Below are positions 51,552-63,276 of a stretch of 64,000 nt of DNA, one piece after another. Origin of the DNA: Phoronis australis (taxonomy: Eukaryota > Animalia > Phoronida). The position numbers and the translations under genes are program-made. The DNA lies in NCBI GenBank assembly GCA_002633005.1, contig NMRA01000208.1, positions 103,504 through 167,503 of the forward strand, in the 5' to 3' direction. A model generated the notes under the pieces. It was not told the DNA's origin. It made no database searches and was given only the letters and a program-made list of their open reading frames with translations. Within the stretch, counting starts at the first letter, position 1. Each line of letters opens with the position of its first letter.

Positions 51552-52088
51552 CTGAAGTTAAATACAACTGATTTGAATAATGATTAACATATATGGAGAT
51601 GAGGACGTTGCTAACACATGAACATGAGGTTCTAAGCCATCCAAATGTCACTGTGTTCTTTGGAGTATAAAGATGACTCTTATAAGAGATGGTGTCCACA
51701 AGTAAAGTTGTGCCATTGTGTTGCTCAAGCACTGTAAAGCAACAAAGCAACAGCAGTTGCAATATGCATAATTTCTCTTTTTGTCTATTGTAGTTAACAG
51801 ACTTCTGCTATTCAGTAAACAAAGGCCAACAAAACTCAGTGTGGGTACCACTGCTGCTGGTTTATGTGACTATTGTAACTCCATACAATTAGAAGTATTC
51901 AGAGCTATGGTTGGCAAATGTAATGTAGTGCATAAAACAGATATCTTACAAGAATGAAGATATGAAAAATATATTTATGAACATGTAAACTGCAATGAGC
52001 ATTGAAATATATTTTGCAACATTTTATAACTTTTCCCTATGTTTACTTTTGCATTCATGTTGAAGTGACCTTCCCACCAAGCTCTTAC

Positions 52089-52692
52089 CCTCTCCCCCTG
52101 CTATATCTGGGAACAGGAAAGCTCCATAGCTGGTCTCCAGAGAAGGTGAGCAGCCTGGCTGTAATGGGTAGATCCACGAACCTACTTTTAGGAACGCTTG
52201 TGGCTGTCTACTCGCTGACTCATCAAACCTGTACACATGAAGTGACGCAGGGTAAGATGGAGCACTGACATAGCCCTGAGCAGTGATAAAGAATATTTGA
52301 ACACCCTCTGCCAAATGGAACACCTCCGTCGCCTCGGCAAAGTCTGTGGTATCCAAGTCTTTACTATTGGCAGCAACACACGATTCATCATAAGATGGTG
52401 GTGAAGACAATATATCATTCTGCCTCATTTCAATTTGAAGCTTTGTTTTTCTCATTTTGTCCTGAAGCCTCTTTGCTTCATCGTGGTCGCATGATATACT
52501 CAAGGCCTGTTCAATCATTCCACGTCCTTGTCCATACAAAGTAAGGGCTTCTTCCTTCCTTCCCTCTTCATCAGCCTTCAGTCCTTTGTCTATGTATTTA
52601 TAAGCATCCTCGTGTAATGACTTGATGCGCTTTAGTAACACTGCACCAGATGGTGCTACAGGACGCCCTGGTCTGCTTGAAGTGGACGCCAT
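52089..52692 (-). CDS. SPG20: Spartin coding exon 1 (MIT domain, PPxY motif, central beta domain)
   Basis: MIT-like IKSLHEDAYKYIDKGLKADEEGRKEEALTLYGQG, PPSY, GVQIFFITAQGYVSAPSYP and AFLKVGSWIYPLQPG..YGAFLFPD are characteristic of spartin. Donor GAGG|GTAAGA. An upstream acceptor ttctaattccag at about 52708 implies a non-coding exon further 5'. Confidence 0.95.
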
Positions 52693-52839
52693 TTACCTCC
52701 TTTGATCTGGAATTAGAATAAAAGTTGTTACTATGCGCTCAATTATAGAAAAAGTTGAGATTAACACATTTAAAAAATGATAAGGTTATACAAAGCTTGT
52801 ACAATTAGATTCATGACATATGTCAATCTGTCAGTGAAT

Positions 52840-52965
52840 GGGTCACACGACCATGTATTTTTAGTAAAATTTGGCAAAAAAGAAAAATTCATAGCAAAAC
52901 AACAATAGCAAAAAAGATAAAATCCGTTTAATATACGTGTTCAAGATGAAATCTCAAAAAATCTA
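52840..52965 (+). repeat. Dispersed repeat fragment, also at about 63481-63600
   Basis: Shared gggtcac.cgaccatgt.tttt.gtaaaattt.g.aaaaaagaaa..atgaaatct.aaaa. Confidence 0.65.
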
Positions 52966-53096
52966 AGATCACAAATTTAAGTCCTATTTTTTGATAGCTC
53001 CTCATGTACACAAAAGTGTACCATTATAAAAACAATTTCACAAAGGTTTGTCAATGGACCAAGGAGATGTGGCGTGAAAATACAATTAATACAAGA

Positions 53097-54170
53097 GGAC
53101 TCTGGATGGTGAGAAATTATCCTTGTCATTTTCAGTGTTGTTCTTAATTGTCTCAAATATTTGTTCATGTTTCAGAGAATATTTGACTAAAGTCACAATT
53201 TTCTTAACTGTTAGCATTGTGTTGGACAAAAGGTTGTTATCTTTGGTTTCATCTTTTACTCCTAAACTGAGTGACTGGCAATGACAATGAGTCAGAAATG
53301 CTTTTGACTGTTCTTGTTGTATAGGCTTAGTGACACCTGTTGTCTTCCTCAACATCATACTCACACCATTGTCCTCGACATTTGGTCAGTGATAATTTAA
53401 GTTCTTGCAATCTACTTCTTATTGCAAGCCACAGTGTTCCAGCACCAATATTTGGCAAGTAAGTAAAGCCTACAAAATCTTCATGACATTCAAGTTGTTT
53501 GTCCACCCATCCGATGCACATGGAAACCTGTTCTTTGTTGACAATGTTGGTATATTTGTCACATATTTTAAGGAGAAAAATTGTCCCCAATGTCTGTCAA
53601 GAAATCCCGTATAACCCATGATGCCATCAAATCAATAATCTCATTTAGAGCGTCGTGGCAGAGATACTTATCATCCTTTCTGCTGTCGATCCATTTCTGC
53701 AAAATAGGATCACTTTTCCCACGTAGTCGTAAACGTTGCACAAAACTTGATTCTTCATCAGTTTTGCCTCTTACCGCAATACCTTGTCTCGACAAAAATT
53801 GCTATGTTTCAACAATTTTAATCAGGTATTTACGATTTTCTCCACAGAGTGTGTCAGAATTGGCATTGGTTAATGACGCTACGTCACTCATTTCTGAATA
53901 CACAAGTTTATGCTCGGAAGCCAACAGGTGGCACTGTGACTACTCATGCTCTTTCATTTTGTCCAACTTTCTTCCAATTACTGAATCCAGGCAATTCAAT
54001 GAATGCTTTATCAAGACTACGATCAGTTCTGAGATATCGCATTTGGTACTGCTTTCGGCAAATAAAGTACCTCGCACTATCAGTTTTCTCCTCATAGTAT
54101 AACTACAGTAATGTTTTGAACCAAGAACTTTGGAATTTTTTACTTTGTTTGCCATATTCCAGGTTCATGG
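53097..54170 (-). mobile_element. hAT transposase pseudogene (ZMYM1/DUF4371-type), copy 1, 3'-truncated
   Basis: SRQGIAVRGKTDEESSFVQRLRLRGKSDPILQKWI..KYLCHDALNEIIDLMA, CDKYTNIVNKEQVSMCIGWVD, CRGQ and AFLTHCHCQSLSLGVKD. Frameshifted. Confidence 0.88.
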
Positions 54171-54914
54171 ATACGAGATCGTCAGTTTAAGCAGGATTCA
54201 AAGTTCACACACAGCAGCTCCACTGATTCGCCCTAGCTACACGAAGTCGACGACGGCACTAGTCGGATATAATGGACCCTAACTTATTCCAAATAATTCC
54301 ACTAAATGTAGGTCTAAATGAATGATTTTGGTATCGCTGCATTCCTCAGACATCTGGCTATCCGTACAAACCCTTTTCACGACCCTCAATTACTCTAGTC
54401 TATAACTACGCCATTCTGAACTTGGTACACTTTAGCGTTAGCCACGCGCATTGTGAAATCGGCAGCCATTTCAGGGAACTTACTATATCTAGCGCCATCT
54501 ATCGGCGATTTGCTACAACACGCACTGTTCCTTTTTCATCAGTCAACATGGACGACGATAACATGACGATGACAGATACGATCGTGAGAGAGACGACGAA
54601 GGTGATGATGAGAGCAGATGATTAATAACGACTGACGTTNCGTCCAAAAGTGCTCAAGTAGCCCCCTCCTGGTCCACTTATTAGGTGTATTTATAACTAT
54701 TTACTGCAAGAAATTAAGATAATAACGAAAACGAGACATACAATGTTTGACACACATTTTTATTATCTAACATGACTGAGTAATTGTTTTGTCTGTTGCC
54801 ATTTACGCTTGCATTTAAAAGCGTTATAAACAGATTTCCAGAATATCCGGCTCTGCAACGAACAAAGAGGCTAATGATATGTTTGGCATACATTGAATGA
54901 AGGTGTTGATTGAC

Positions 54915-56296
54915 AGAGCTGAAATTTTCCAAAGTTGTTTCGTCTGTTGTCATTTACGCTTGCAAATGTAACAAATGTCTGAGAGGTTTATTTCATTCAA
55001 ACGTTTTTGTGACTATTCAGAATACCCAAGTTCATGAATCTGTTCTGTCCCATAGTTGATAATAACTATGTAGCAGGGCTCTGCATTTGACTTTGACAAC
55101 CTGTGATTCTCTCACACAAATTTCTGAGTCTAAACTCTGCAATATGCAAAAGTTCCAGAGTCCAACACAAGCTTGTAGCATTCACCTTTAACTGTCCATC
55201 TCATTGGACAGAGTTTCAAGAGTCTGGACTCTGGATGGTGAGAAATTATCCTTGTCATTTTCAGTGTTGTTCTTAATTGTCTCAAATATTTGTTCATGTT
55301 TCAGAGAATATTTGACTAAAGTCACAATTTTCTTAACTGTTCAAATTGTGTTGGACAAAAGTTTGTTATCTTTGGTTTCATCTTTTACTCCTAAACTGAG
55401 TGACTGGCAATGACAATGAGTCAGAAATGCTTTTGACTGTTCTTGTTGTATAGGCTTCATGACACCTGTTGTCTTCCTTAACATCATACTCACAACATTG
55501 TCCTCGACATTTGGTCAGTGATAATTTAAGTTCTTGCAATCTACTTCTTATTGCAAGCCACAGTGTTCCAGCACCAATATTTGGCAGGTAAGTAAAGCCT
55601 ACAAAATCTTCATGACATTCAAGTTGTTTGTCCACCCATCCGATGCACATGGAAACCTGTTCTTTGTTGACAATGTTGGTATATTCGTCACATATTTTAA
55701 GGAGAAAATTGTCCCCAATGTCTGTCAAGAAATCCCGTATAACCCATGATGCCATCAAGTCAATAATCTCATTTAGAGCGTCGTGGCAGAGATACTTATC
55801 ACCCTTTCTGCTGTCGATCCATTTCTGCAAAATAGGATCACTTTTCCCACGTAGTCGTAAACGTTGCACAAAACTTGATTCTTCATCAGTTTTGCCTCTT
55901 ACCGCAACACCTTGTCTCGACAAAAATTGCTATGTTTCAACAATTTTAATCAGGTATTTACGATTTTCTCCACAGAGTGTGTCAGAATTGGCATTGGTTA
56001 ATGACGCTATGCCACTCATTTCTGAATACACAAGTTTATGCTCGGAAGCCAACAGGTGGCACTGCGACTGCTCATGCTCTTTCATTTTGTCCAACAATCT
56101 TCCAATTACTGAATCCAGGCAATTCAATGAATGCTTTATCAAGACTACGATCAGTTCTGAGATATCGCATTTGGTACTGCTTTCGGCAAATAAAGTACCT
56201 CGCACTATCAGTTTTCTCCTCATAGTATAACCACGGTAATGTTTTGAACCAAAAACTTTGGAATTTTTTACTTTGTTTGCCATATTCCAGGTTCAT
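54915..56296 (-). mobile_element. hAT transposase pseudogene, copy 2, internally deleted
   Basis: TTF-type zinc finger (FQSFWFKTLPWLYYEEKTDSARYFIC..AFIELPGFSNWK), DUF4371 region, DE.T..NKEQ first catalytic motif and CxxH-like THCHCQSLSL. GCQSQM is then fused directly to a dimerisation-domain tail LLSTMGQNRFMNLGILNSHK..NDNRRNNFGKF. Confidence 0.9.
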
Positions 56297-56384
56297 GGAT
56301 ACGAGATCGTCAGTTTAAGCAGGATTAAAATTTCACACACAGCAGCTCCAGTGATTCGCCCTAGCTACACGAAGTCGACGACGG

Positions 56385-57080
56385 CACTAGTTGGATATAA
56401 TGGACCCTAACTTATTCCAAATAAATCCACTAAATGTAGGTCTAAATGAATGATTTTGGTATCGTTGCATTCCTCAGACATCTGGCTATCCGTACAAATC
56501 CTTTTCACGACCCTCAATTACTCTAGTCTATAACTACGCCATTCTGAACTTGGTACACTTTAGCGTTAGCCACGCGCATTGTGAAATCGGCAGCCATTTC
56601 AGGGAACTTACTATATCTAGCGCCATCTATCGGCGATTTGCTACAACACGCACTGTTCCTTTTTCATCAGTCAACATGGACGACGATAACATGACGATGA
56701 CAGATATGATCGTGAGAGAGACGACGAAGGTGATGATGAGAGCAGATGATTAATAACGACTGACGTTAATAATATTGACGAAATCGACCAATGACGTTGA
56801 ATGATGAAAAAGGAACAGCGCATGTTGTAGCAAATCGTCGATAGATGTCGCTAGATACAGTAAGTTCCCTGAAATGGCTGCCGATTTCACGATGCGCGTG
56901 GCTAAAGTGGACCGAGTCGTGAACAGCGTAGCTATAGACTAGAGTAATTGAGGGTCGTGAAAATGATTTGTACGAATAGCCAGATGTCTGAGGAATGCAA
57001 CGATGCCAAAATCATTCATTTAGATCTACATTTAGTGGATTTATTTGGAATAAGTTAGGGTCCATTATATCCGACTAGTG
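56385..57080. mobile_element. Foldback/MITE with inverted arms of about 290 bp and CACTAGT termini
   Basis: The left arm cactagttggatataatggaccctaacttattccaaataaatcc... (56385 to about 56675) is the reverse complement of about 56797-57080 (...gggtccattatatccgactagtg). The spacer of about 120 bp is GAC/GAT-rich. The left arm alone recurs at 54257. Confidence 0.9.
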
Positions 57081-57168
57081 ACTGCGCGTGGGAGCGATAC
57101 AAACGAGGCACTTTTCTGTCAGATTCCCCGACCGGTTGGGACATTAGTCGAATATAATGGACCCTGGT

Positions 57169-57251
57169 CACAGACACCTTTAAGTAGCCCTCTACAATAT
57201 AATATAATATTATTATATTATATTGTAGAGGGCTACTTAAAGGTGCCTGTG
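57169..57251. repeat. 83-bp near-perfect palindrome (41-bp arms, 1 mismatch, 1-nt centre)
   Basis: cacagacacctttaagtagccctctacaatataatataata-t-tattatattatattgtagagggctacttaaaggtgcctgtg. Confidence 0.95.
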
Positions 57252-57370
57252 CCTTGGTTTAGAGAACCAGTTTCAATCACTAAATAACGGGGTTGGTCAT
57301 TGACTCGTCACTTTCTACTAAAAACGCAAAAGGTGCATTAGACATGACATACATGTATAGGCCTACTTAC

Positions 57371-57490
57371 AGAAATGATTCCGACAACTATTCACAAATA
57401 GAATTCACTTTTCTTTCATCATCACCTATACACGTAATTGATCGTCACCTGATTCTGACCAACGGAAGCCCGAATCACAACATGTAACAC
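57371..57490 (-). promoter_or_regulatory. Speculative non-coding first exon / TSS region of spartin
   Basis: A minus-strand GTAAGT donor at 57370, in the first apparently unique sequence upstream of the TE block, with an ETS-like CGGAAG at about 57463. The linkage is unproven. Confidence 0.25.
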
Positions 57491-57748
57491 GGTAATAGTT
57501 AAGTTAATAAAAATTCCCTGGCTTGATCTGTGACTTCAATGCCTTCCTCAGTCTTGATAAGTAACTTAGTAATGGGTTTTGTAATCTTTCTACTTCCTTA
57601 TAGGTCTGTTACTGTCTATCTGTTATGATTTTGCATTTTCTTTGTTTTTATTGTGTTTGTTTGTGTTGAGTGCAAAAAAGCTCTTTGAGTGAAATTTATG
57701 TGAATGAAGACTTGATGGCCGCGCGAAATCGCCATCGGATGATTTAGA

Positions 57749-57955
57749 CTCGCTGGTCCCCTACGCTGCTTACGTGCCTAGCCAGCTGGCGTGCGTTCAG
57801 TAGACGCGAGGACCTACGCTAAGAACTAGCTAAAACCTAGTCAAAGTCACGTGCTCTCATTTAAAATGCACGGCAATATCTCACGTAATCTTGCGAAGTC
57901 TTGCTTTTAGCGAGGTCACTAGCGTTACTGAACGGGAGGCTGGAAACCAGCGAGT
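57749..57955. mobile_element. MITE with ACTCGCTGGT termini
   Basis: actcgctggtccc ... gaaaccagcgagt. The interior is the reverse complement of the repeat core at 11130, 24471 and 25374. Confidence 0.7.
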
Positions 57956-60706
57956 GATTTAGACGCAATGATGTGATGTCTGGACGTGCGATTTCACCAG
58001 CGTCATGTTTTCGCGAATCCCTCGCGTCCGACTCTACGGAAGCAGTTCCAACCAGGATGCCATAATACTAATAACATCGGACTTCCAGCTTGATCAACTG
58101 TTCCTAAATCCGGTCATTCCCTGAACCACAATTTATATCCCGGCCCTATAAAGTGCGCAATACAATAAAATGATGGTTGCGGGTCACCGAACGAAAAACA
58201 ATATTAATTTCAAAACGTGCGTGCTTAATTTTCGGACAAACTTTTCTTCACTGTCGGTGCGAGCCACTTGAAACAAATCAAATTTTTGCACAATTTGAAA
58301 ATTTTTGCACTTCATGAGGACTGAAGTCGTGTTTTGTTGCGTTTATTTCAGTGTTTGCCCCTTCACCTGTCCCCGGCCGGCCCTTGAAACAGTCATCTGC
58401 ATATTTGCATATTTTTGGTTAGGCCTACCCCAGTGACTCCCAAATTGGCGCCACATTTCAGTAGCAGCCAAGTATGAAATTGTACAATGAAGTTGATAGA
58501 AGTCCGAGCAATGTAATTTTGTAAATCTTTTGAATGAAATGTCAGCCTTGCCCCCACTCACTGCCGTGACAAGACGCAGTTTGGTACAGTTGGCAAAACA
58601 ACACGTACCAGCACATATACAAGAAGTACCAGAAACCAATCACAATATTTGGGTATGAAATTAAAGTTGTCATTCATTAGTTTTCTTTACGGTCTGAGGA
58701 AAATGTGTCCAGTCTCAGTCGTCAATTTTCCCGGACTTTATGGATACTCTATATGTCCTATAATAAGAGTCCAATGGTATTCACAAACTTTTCACATTGA
58801 AATGCCAGTGATGATATATGTTAACAAATCGGTTATCATTTTTTTTGTTCTTGTGTATCTACTTATGGTTAAACTTGTGCCCCGGCCATCTGAACACTCG
58901 CATAGCCAAAACCCGCAGTATCAAGCGTCCGTTTGCATTTTCGGTCCCGGTACTGACGTCATTTGTGCACTCGTGATGTGGGAGTTCAATTATTTGTTAC
59001 AATCCCAACGGGTTCATAATGTGGATTTTGGGTCCTGAGTAATGGATGACGAGTTATAGTGAGCTGACTGAATTTTGTACGTCAAGGCGTAACTTTTCAT
59101 GTTATGAACATTTTAAAAACCCCTTGACGTGTTTGGGGGAAAGTGACTCAGTTTATAACACTCTGTGAAACGGTGTGTGTGGTAAGTGGCATTGACGGTT
59201 TGAAATTATGTTCCACGGACTACACTAAGATGACACTGCACTTGAAGTAAACTGGAAAAGACCTCCTTTTAGTACCAAACCACATTTTTTGCACCAAGAA
59301 GAAAAGTCACTGCCGCGGTGCGTCTACGATCGGCTGGATGGTGGGGGGTCAACTGGGTGTGCTCGTGGAACCGGGTTATTTGGCGCTAAAACGAGTTTTA
59401 CGGAGAAGCTGTGTTTTTGTAATAGTTTACTCTCACCGACTCGTTATTGGAGCAGTATCTATGTTCAATATGCTCGGGTTTGGTAACATAAGTGAGTAAA
59501 GGCGTTCATCGTAACTTTGTGAATGAAAATCCATGAAACAAAAGTAGTAATGGGTCGATATAATCATTCGCAGGCGTGTTTCTGGATACGGTGTCATTTG
59601 GTCGAATAATGAAAGTGTTATTCCCAGTCTTTAAAATTTGATTCAGCAGGGTGAAAATCCAACTATGTTCATAAATGGTGAAAGGCTAATAGAGATGTTA
59701 TTGAATATTTGTTATGTCATCAAGGAGTACCGTAACGTGTTATGCCTTCTTGGAGGTGTGCACTCTCGTCCAATTGCTTTACAGCTTTCCACTTCTTATG
59801 ATTTAGAAAACAACAAATCGGATAATAAGGCTTTCGAAGATTGAAAAACTTGTTTTGAATGAAGTATGGATAACAGAATAAAATAAATGGCGATGCGTGT
59901 CGTTACCCGGCTGATTGGTGTGATATGAACTTGGAGGTCTTTATTTTGTGGAGGTGCGTTTGCTGTATCGGGATAATAGATCAAAGCTCGATGTTTCGAG
60001 ACACTTTGTGTTTTCTTAGTGACATCTAATGGTTTCCATCTTGCGAATGTCGCACAGCGAAGGCATGTAGTCAAAAACAAAAACCTAGCACTGTAGTACA
60101 AACATTTTATTAATTTAAGAGAAGCAATCTTCAACAATTTACAACGAAATGTTGAGGTATCACACAAAGTACATCAAATGCGAAAAATGTGTGCTAATCT
60201 GACGTCAAAATTTGCTATACAAATTCAAGCAACAAAAAACCAAACATTTCAAAAACCTCACACAAAATAGTGATGTACGTTTTTAGGCACATGCATTTAC
60301 GTCCAGAATTAGACGCATCCGCCCACATGTGGAAACTTGAGTAAAAACAGATGAGAAATTTCTTAAAATATACCAGAGTGACTAGATTTATCCGTTACCA
60401 AATGACAGGAGTCCACGTGTACTCAGTTATAACACTAACTCAGTTTAAATGAAAAGTACTGAGAATAGACAAAAAAATCACTCTAAACAACTAGTTTCAG
60501 ACATCGTCACTGCAACGGATTGTCGTCTGAAGCGTGGTGCATGCGCACTTGAGCACAACATTTTTGAAAATAAAAGCATTATCTCGGATACAGACGTATG
60601 AGCCAAAGTACATGCATACGGTAAAACAAACACGATTGTCCATCATTTACGGAAATGATATCATCAATTCTGATGTAGGAAGAACTTGTGGAAGCCAAAC
60701 GATGCA

Positions 60707-61291
60707 TTAAACTGTACTAAAGTCTGCATGCTGTGGAGCCTTTTCTGAGGGTGGAGCAGATGAGTTATTTTGATCATCTGAAGGCTGAATCTCGGCACTC
60801 TGCGGTACTTCCTTGTATATAACTTGAGGCTGACCACTGGTGGTCACAACTGGAGGGGACGCCCCGGATCTGCAGCAGACGGCCATGCAGCAGTAACACG
60901 CAGATGTGATAGAAATGATGAGCTCGATGAAGCACAAAACTACTATCATGAAATGAAAAACACTCAACCGCGAATAAAAAAATCCAAATCCGTAGATGAA
61001 TCCAACAATTATCAAAATAAAAGAGGTCACGGAGGAAACTATTGAGAGAATCATGTGTGAAACAATAAGTTTAAAAGTACAATTTTTGGCAGCAAGGATT
61101 CCCGTAACTCCAGCGACGATGAAGAACACAGCAAACCAAATTTCTACACCTCCAGTGCGGTGGATCAAATATGGACGGAATAGGATGTGGACGCCTATCC
61201 CACAGGCCACGCAGAGAACACCCAGCACTAGCTGCGTGATGGCGAGACCGAGCGCGATCCGGACAGAGTATGATATTGTCGGTGGGTCCAT
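60707..61291 (-). CDS. Tetraspan MS4A/CD20-like membrane protein, single coding exon (194 aa)
   Basis: Four hydrophobic segments with the MS4A-type patterns LAITQLVLG, EIWFAVFFIVAGVTGILAAK, HMILSIVSS and FIELIISITSACYCC, then a P/Q-rich tail. Acceptor ttgtttattttag about 25 nt upstream of the ATG. Candidate AATAAA at about 60106-60111. Confidence 0.85.
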   Translation of the reverse strand: MDPPTISYSVRIALGLAITQLVLGVLCVACGIGVHILFRPYLIHRTGGVEIWFAVFFIVAGVTGILAAKNCTFKLIVSHMILSIVSSVTSFILIIVGFIYGFGFFYSRLSVFHFMIVVLCFIELIISITSACYCCMAVCCRSGASPPVVTTSGQPQVIYKEVPQSAEIQPSDDQNNSSAPPSEKAPQHADFSTV

Positions 61292-61962
61292 CTTTTAGCT
61301 TCCTCGTTTTTTAGACCTAAAATAAACAAGTTATAATTGATTCAAGTCAAGTAGTTTTTTTTTACTTTTGAATTGCTTTGAAGAAGACTGGCAAAATAAG
61401 TTTAGATTTGATGCTGGAATAAATACGAGAGCTTCGTAGTGAAGAACGACATCTGATGACGACTGAAACATCTGTCTTCGTGGTTGTTTCAGGGTGTTAC
61501 ACTCTTAAAATTTAAATTGTTACATTTCATTAACAGCCCTTGGTTTAGGTATTATATGTAATTAATGTAAGTCGATATATTGCAAACATTACTATATTTT
61601 CCTGTACGCGAAACGCTTATTTGTCAGAAGCTGTACATATTGGTTGTCCAGCCATGACTGTGAAATATCTTGTTATGCCGAAGCCAGGAATTCATTTTTC
61701 TGCTAGGAAATTCAAATTTGTCAATTGAAAGACTCGTTCAAATAGGAATATTTCAGGGTTGTTTTTTTTGTCAAACTGTATGAACTCTCGAGTTCATGAA
61801 TATTGAACTCGCCGGTTTTTAAGCTGCGCTACAAAAATCAAAAAACAAACCACCTTAACTCATATTTATTGTAGAAAATGGTGCCATGTGATCAAGGTCT
61901 GTCTAATCTGTTTTGTACTCACGTTGTTCATCTTATGACGTTTTTAACTTAACATAAAAACC

Positions 61963-62192
61963 TAATTGCAGGTGGCATGGTACACGTTGTATCAGACGTG
62001 CGCAGATCGCAAAGGGTCCATTGCACCGGTCACATAGAGTCATTCTTATGCTTTATTAGTTTATAATTAAACCCTTGCTGAAGAGCTACAGACATGAATC
62101 AAGGGTCTAGCACCGTGGCCAAGCAAGACTTGAAGCCACGACCCACGAGTAAAGGAAGCGGACATTTATCCCACAAGGCCACACTGCCTCCT
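61963..62192 (-). mobile_element. tRNA-derived SINE (diverged copy of 40670-40888)
   Basis: Colinear similarity: aattgcaggtgg..cagacgtgc..cattgcacc..tcaagggtctagca..gacttgaagccac..agtaaagg..ggaca..tatccca..aggc.aca.tgc.tcct. Confidence 0.8.
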
Positions 62193-62362
62193 CTTGCTTT
62201 TAACTAAAGTGAAACGGAATAGATTCTCTTTGATTAACATCTCTTTTGCTTCTGGTCTTAAATTGGAAAAAATCTAGTTCTCACTTCAGAGAAAAAAATA
62301 CAGAATTGACTGGACGGGTTACAAGTTTCCTTTTGATTGAGGGTAATCCTATTCGATGGGAA

Positions 62363-63276
62363 TATAGCCAATCCCTACACGGTAGGTTCATAGTCAATCC
62401 CTACACGGTTGGTTCATAGTCAATCCCTACATGATAGGTTCATAGTCAATCCCTACACGGTTGGTTCATAGTCAATCCCTACACGGTTGGTTCATAGTCA
62501 ATCCCTACACGGTTGGTTCATAGTCAATCCCTACACGGTTGGTTCATAGTCAATCCCTACACGGTTGGTTCATAGTCAATCCCTACACGGTTGGTTCATA
62601 GTCAATCCCTACACGGTTGGTTCATAGTCAATCCCTACACGGTTGGTTCATAGTCAATCCCTACACGGTTGGTTCATAGTCAATCCCTACACGGTTGGTT
62701 CATAGTCAATCCCTACACGGTTGGTTCATAGTCAATCCCTACACGGTTGGTTCATAGTCAATCCCTACACGGTTGGTTCATAGTCAATCCCTACACGGTT
62801 GGTTCATAGTCAATCCCTACACGGTTGGTTCATAGTCAATCCCTACACGGTTGGTTCATAGTCAATCCCTACACGGTTGGTTCATAGTCAATCCCTACAC
62901 GGTTGGTTCATAGTCAATCCCTACACGGTTGGTTCATAGTCAATCCCTACACGGTTGGTTCATAGTCAATCCCTACACGGTTGGTTCATAGTCAATCCCT
63001 ACACGGTTGGTTCATAGTCAATCCCTACACGGTTGGTTCATAGTCAATCCCTACACGGTTGGTTCATAGTCAATCCCTACATGATAGGTTCATAGTCAAT
63101 CCCTACACCGTAGGTTCATAGTCAATCCCTACACGGTAGGTTCATAGTCAATCTCTACACGGTAGGTTCATAGTCAATCCCTACACAGTAGGTTCATAGT
63201 CAATCCCTACACGGTAGGTTCATAGTCAATCCCTACACCGTAGGTTCATAGTCAATCCCTACACGGTAGGTTCATA
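62363..63276. repeat. 26-bp minisatellite (atagtcaatccctacacggttggttc), about 35 units
   Basis: Head-to-tail with no spacers. The centre is homogeneous and ggtagg variants occur at both edges. Confidence 0.98.

Larger units (their letters stand above)
53097..56768. repeat. Direct duplication of about 1.54 kb (53097-54639 and 55226-56768) separated by an N
   Basis: Near-identical copies. Copy 1 ends at the N at 54640. Confidence 0.9.

Noticed and set aside
52695-52703. Perfect Shine-Dalgarno-like AAGGAGGT just before the spartin ATG
   Set aside because: The gene is spliced and eukaryotic, the motif is only 2 nt from the ATG and it lies just after a splice acceptor. This is coincidence.
53581-56230. 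Plus-strand 173-aa and 200-aa ORFs
   Set aside because: They are antisense shadows of the minus-strand hAT transposase relic.
61453-61480. Hammerhead-like core CTGATGA-cgact-GAAAC-atct-GTC
   Set aside because: There is no stem II (5 unpaired nt) and stem I cannot form with the flanks.
62363-63276. CRISPR-like array (also considered for 40097-40355, 49813-50013 and 34240-34460)
   Set aside because: The units are head-to-tail with no unique spacers, there are no cas genes and the context is eukaryotic.
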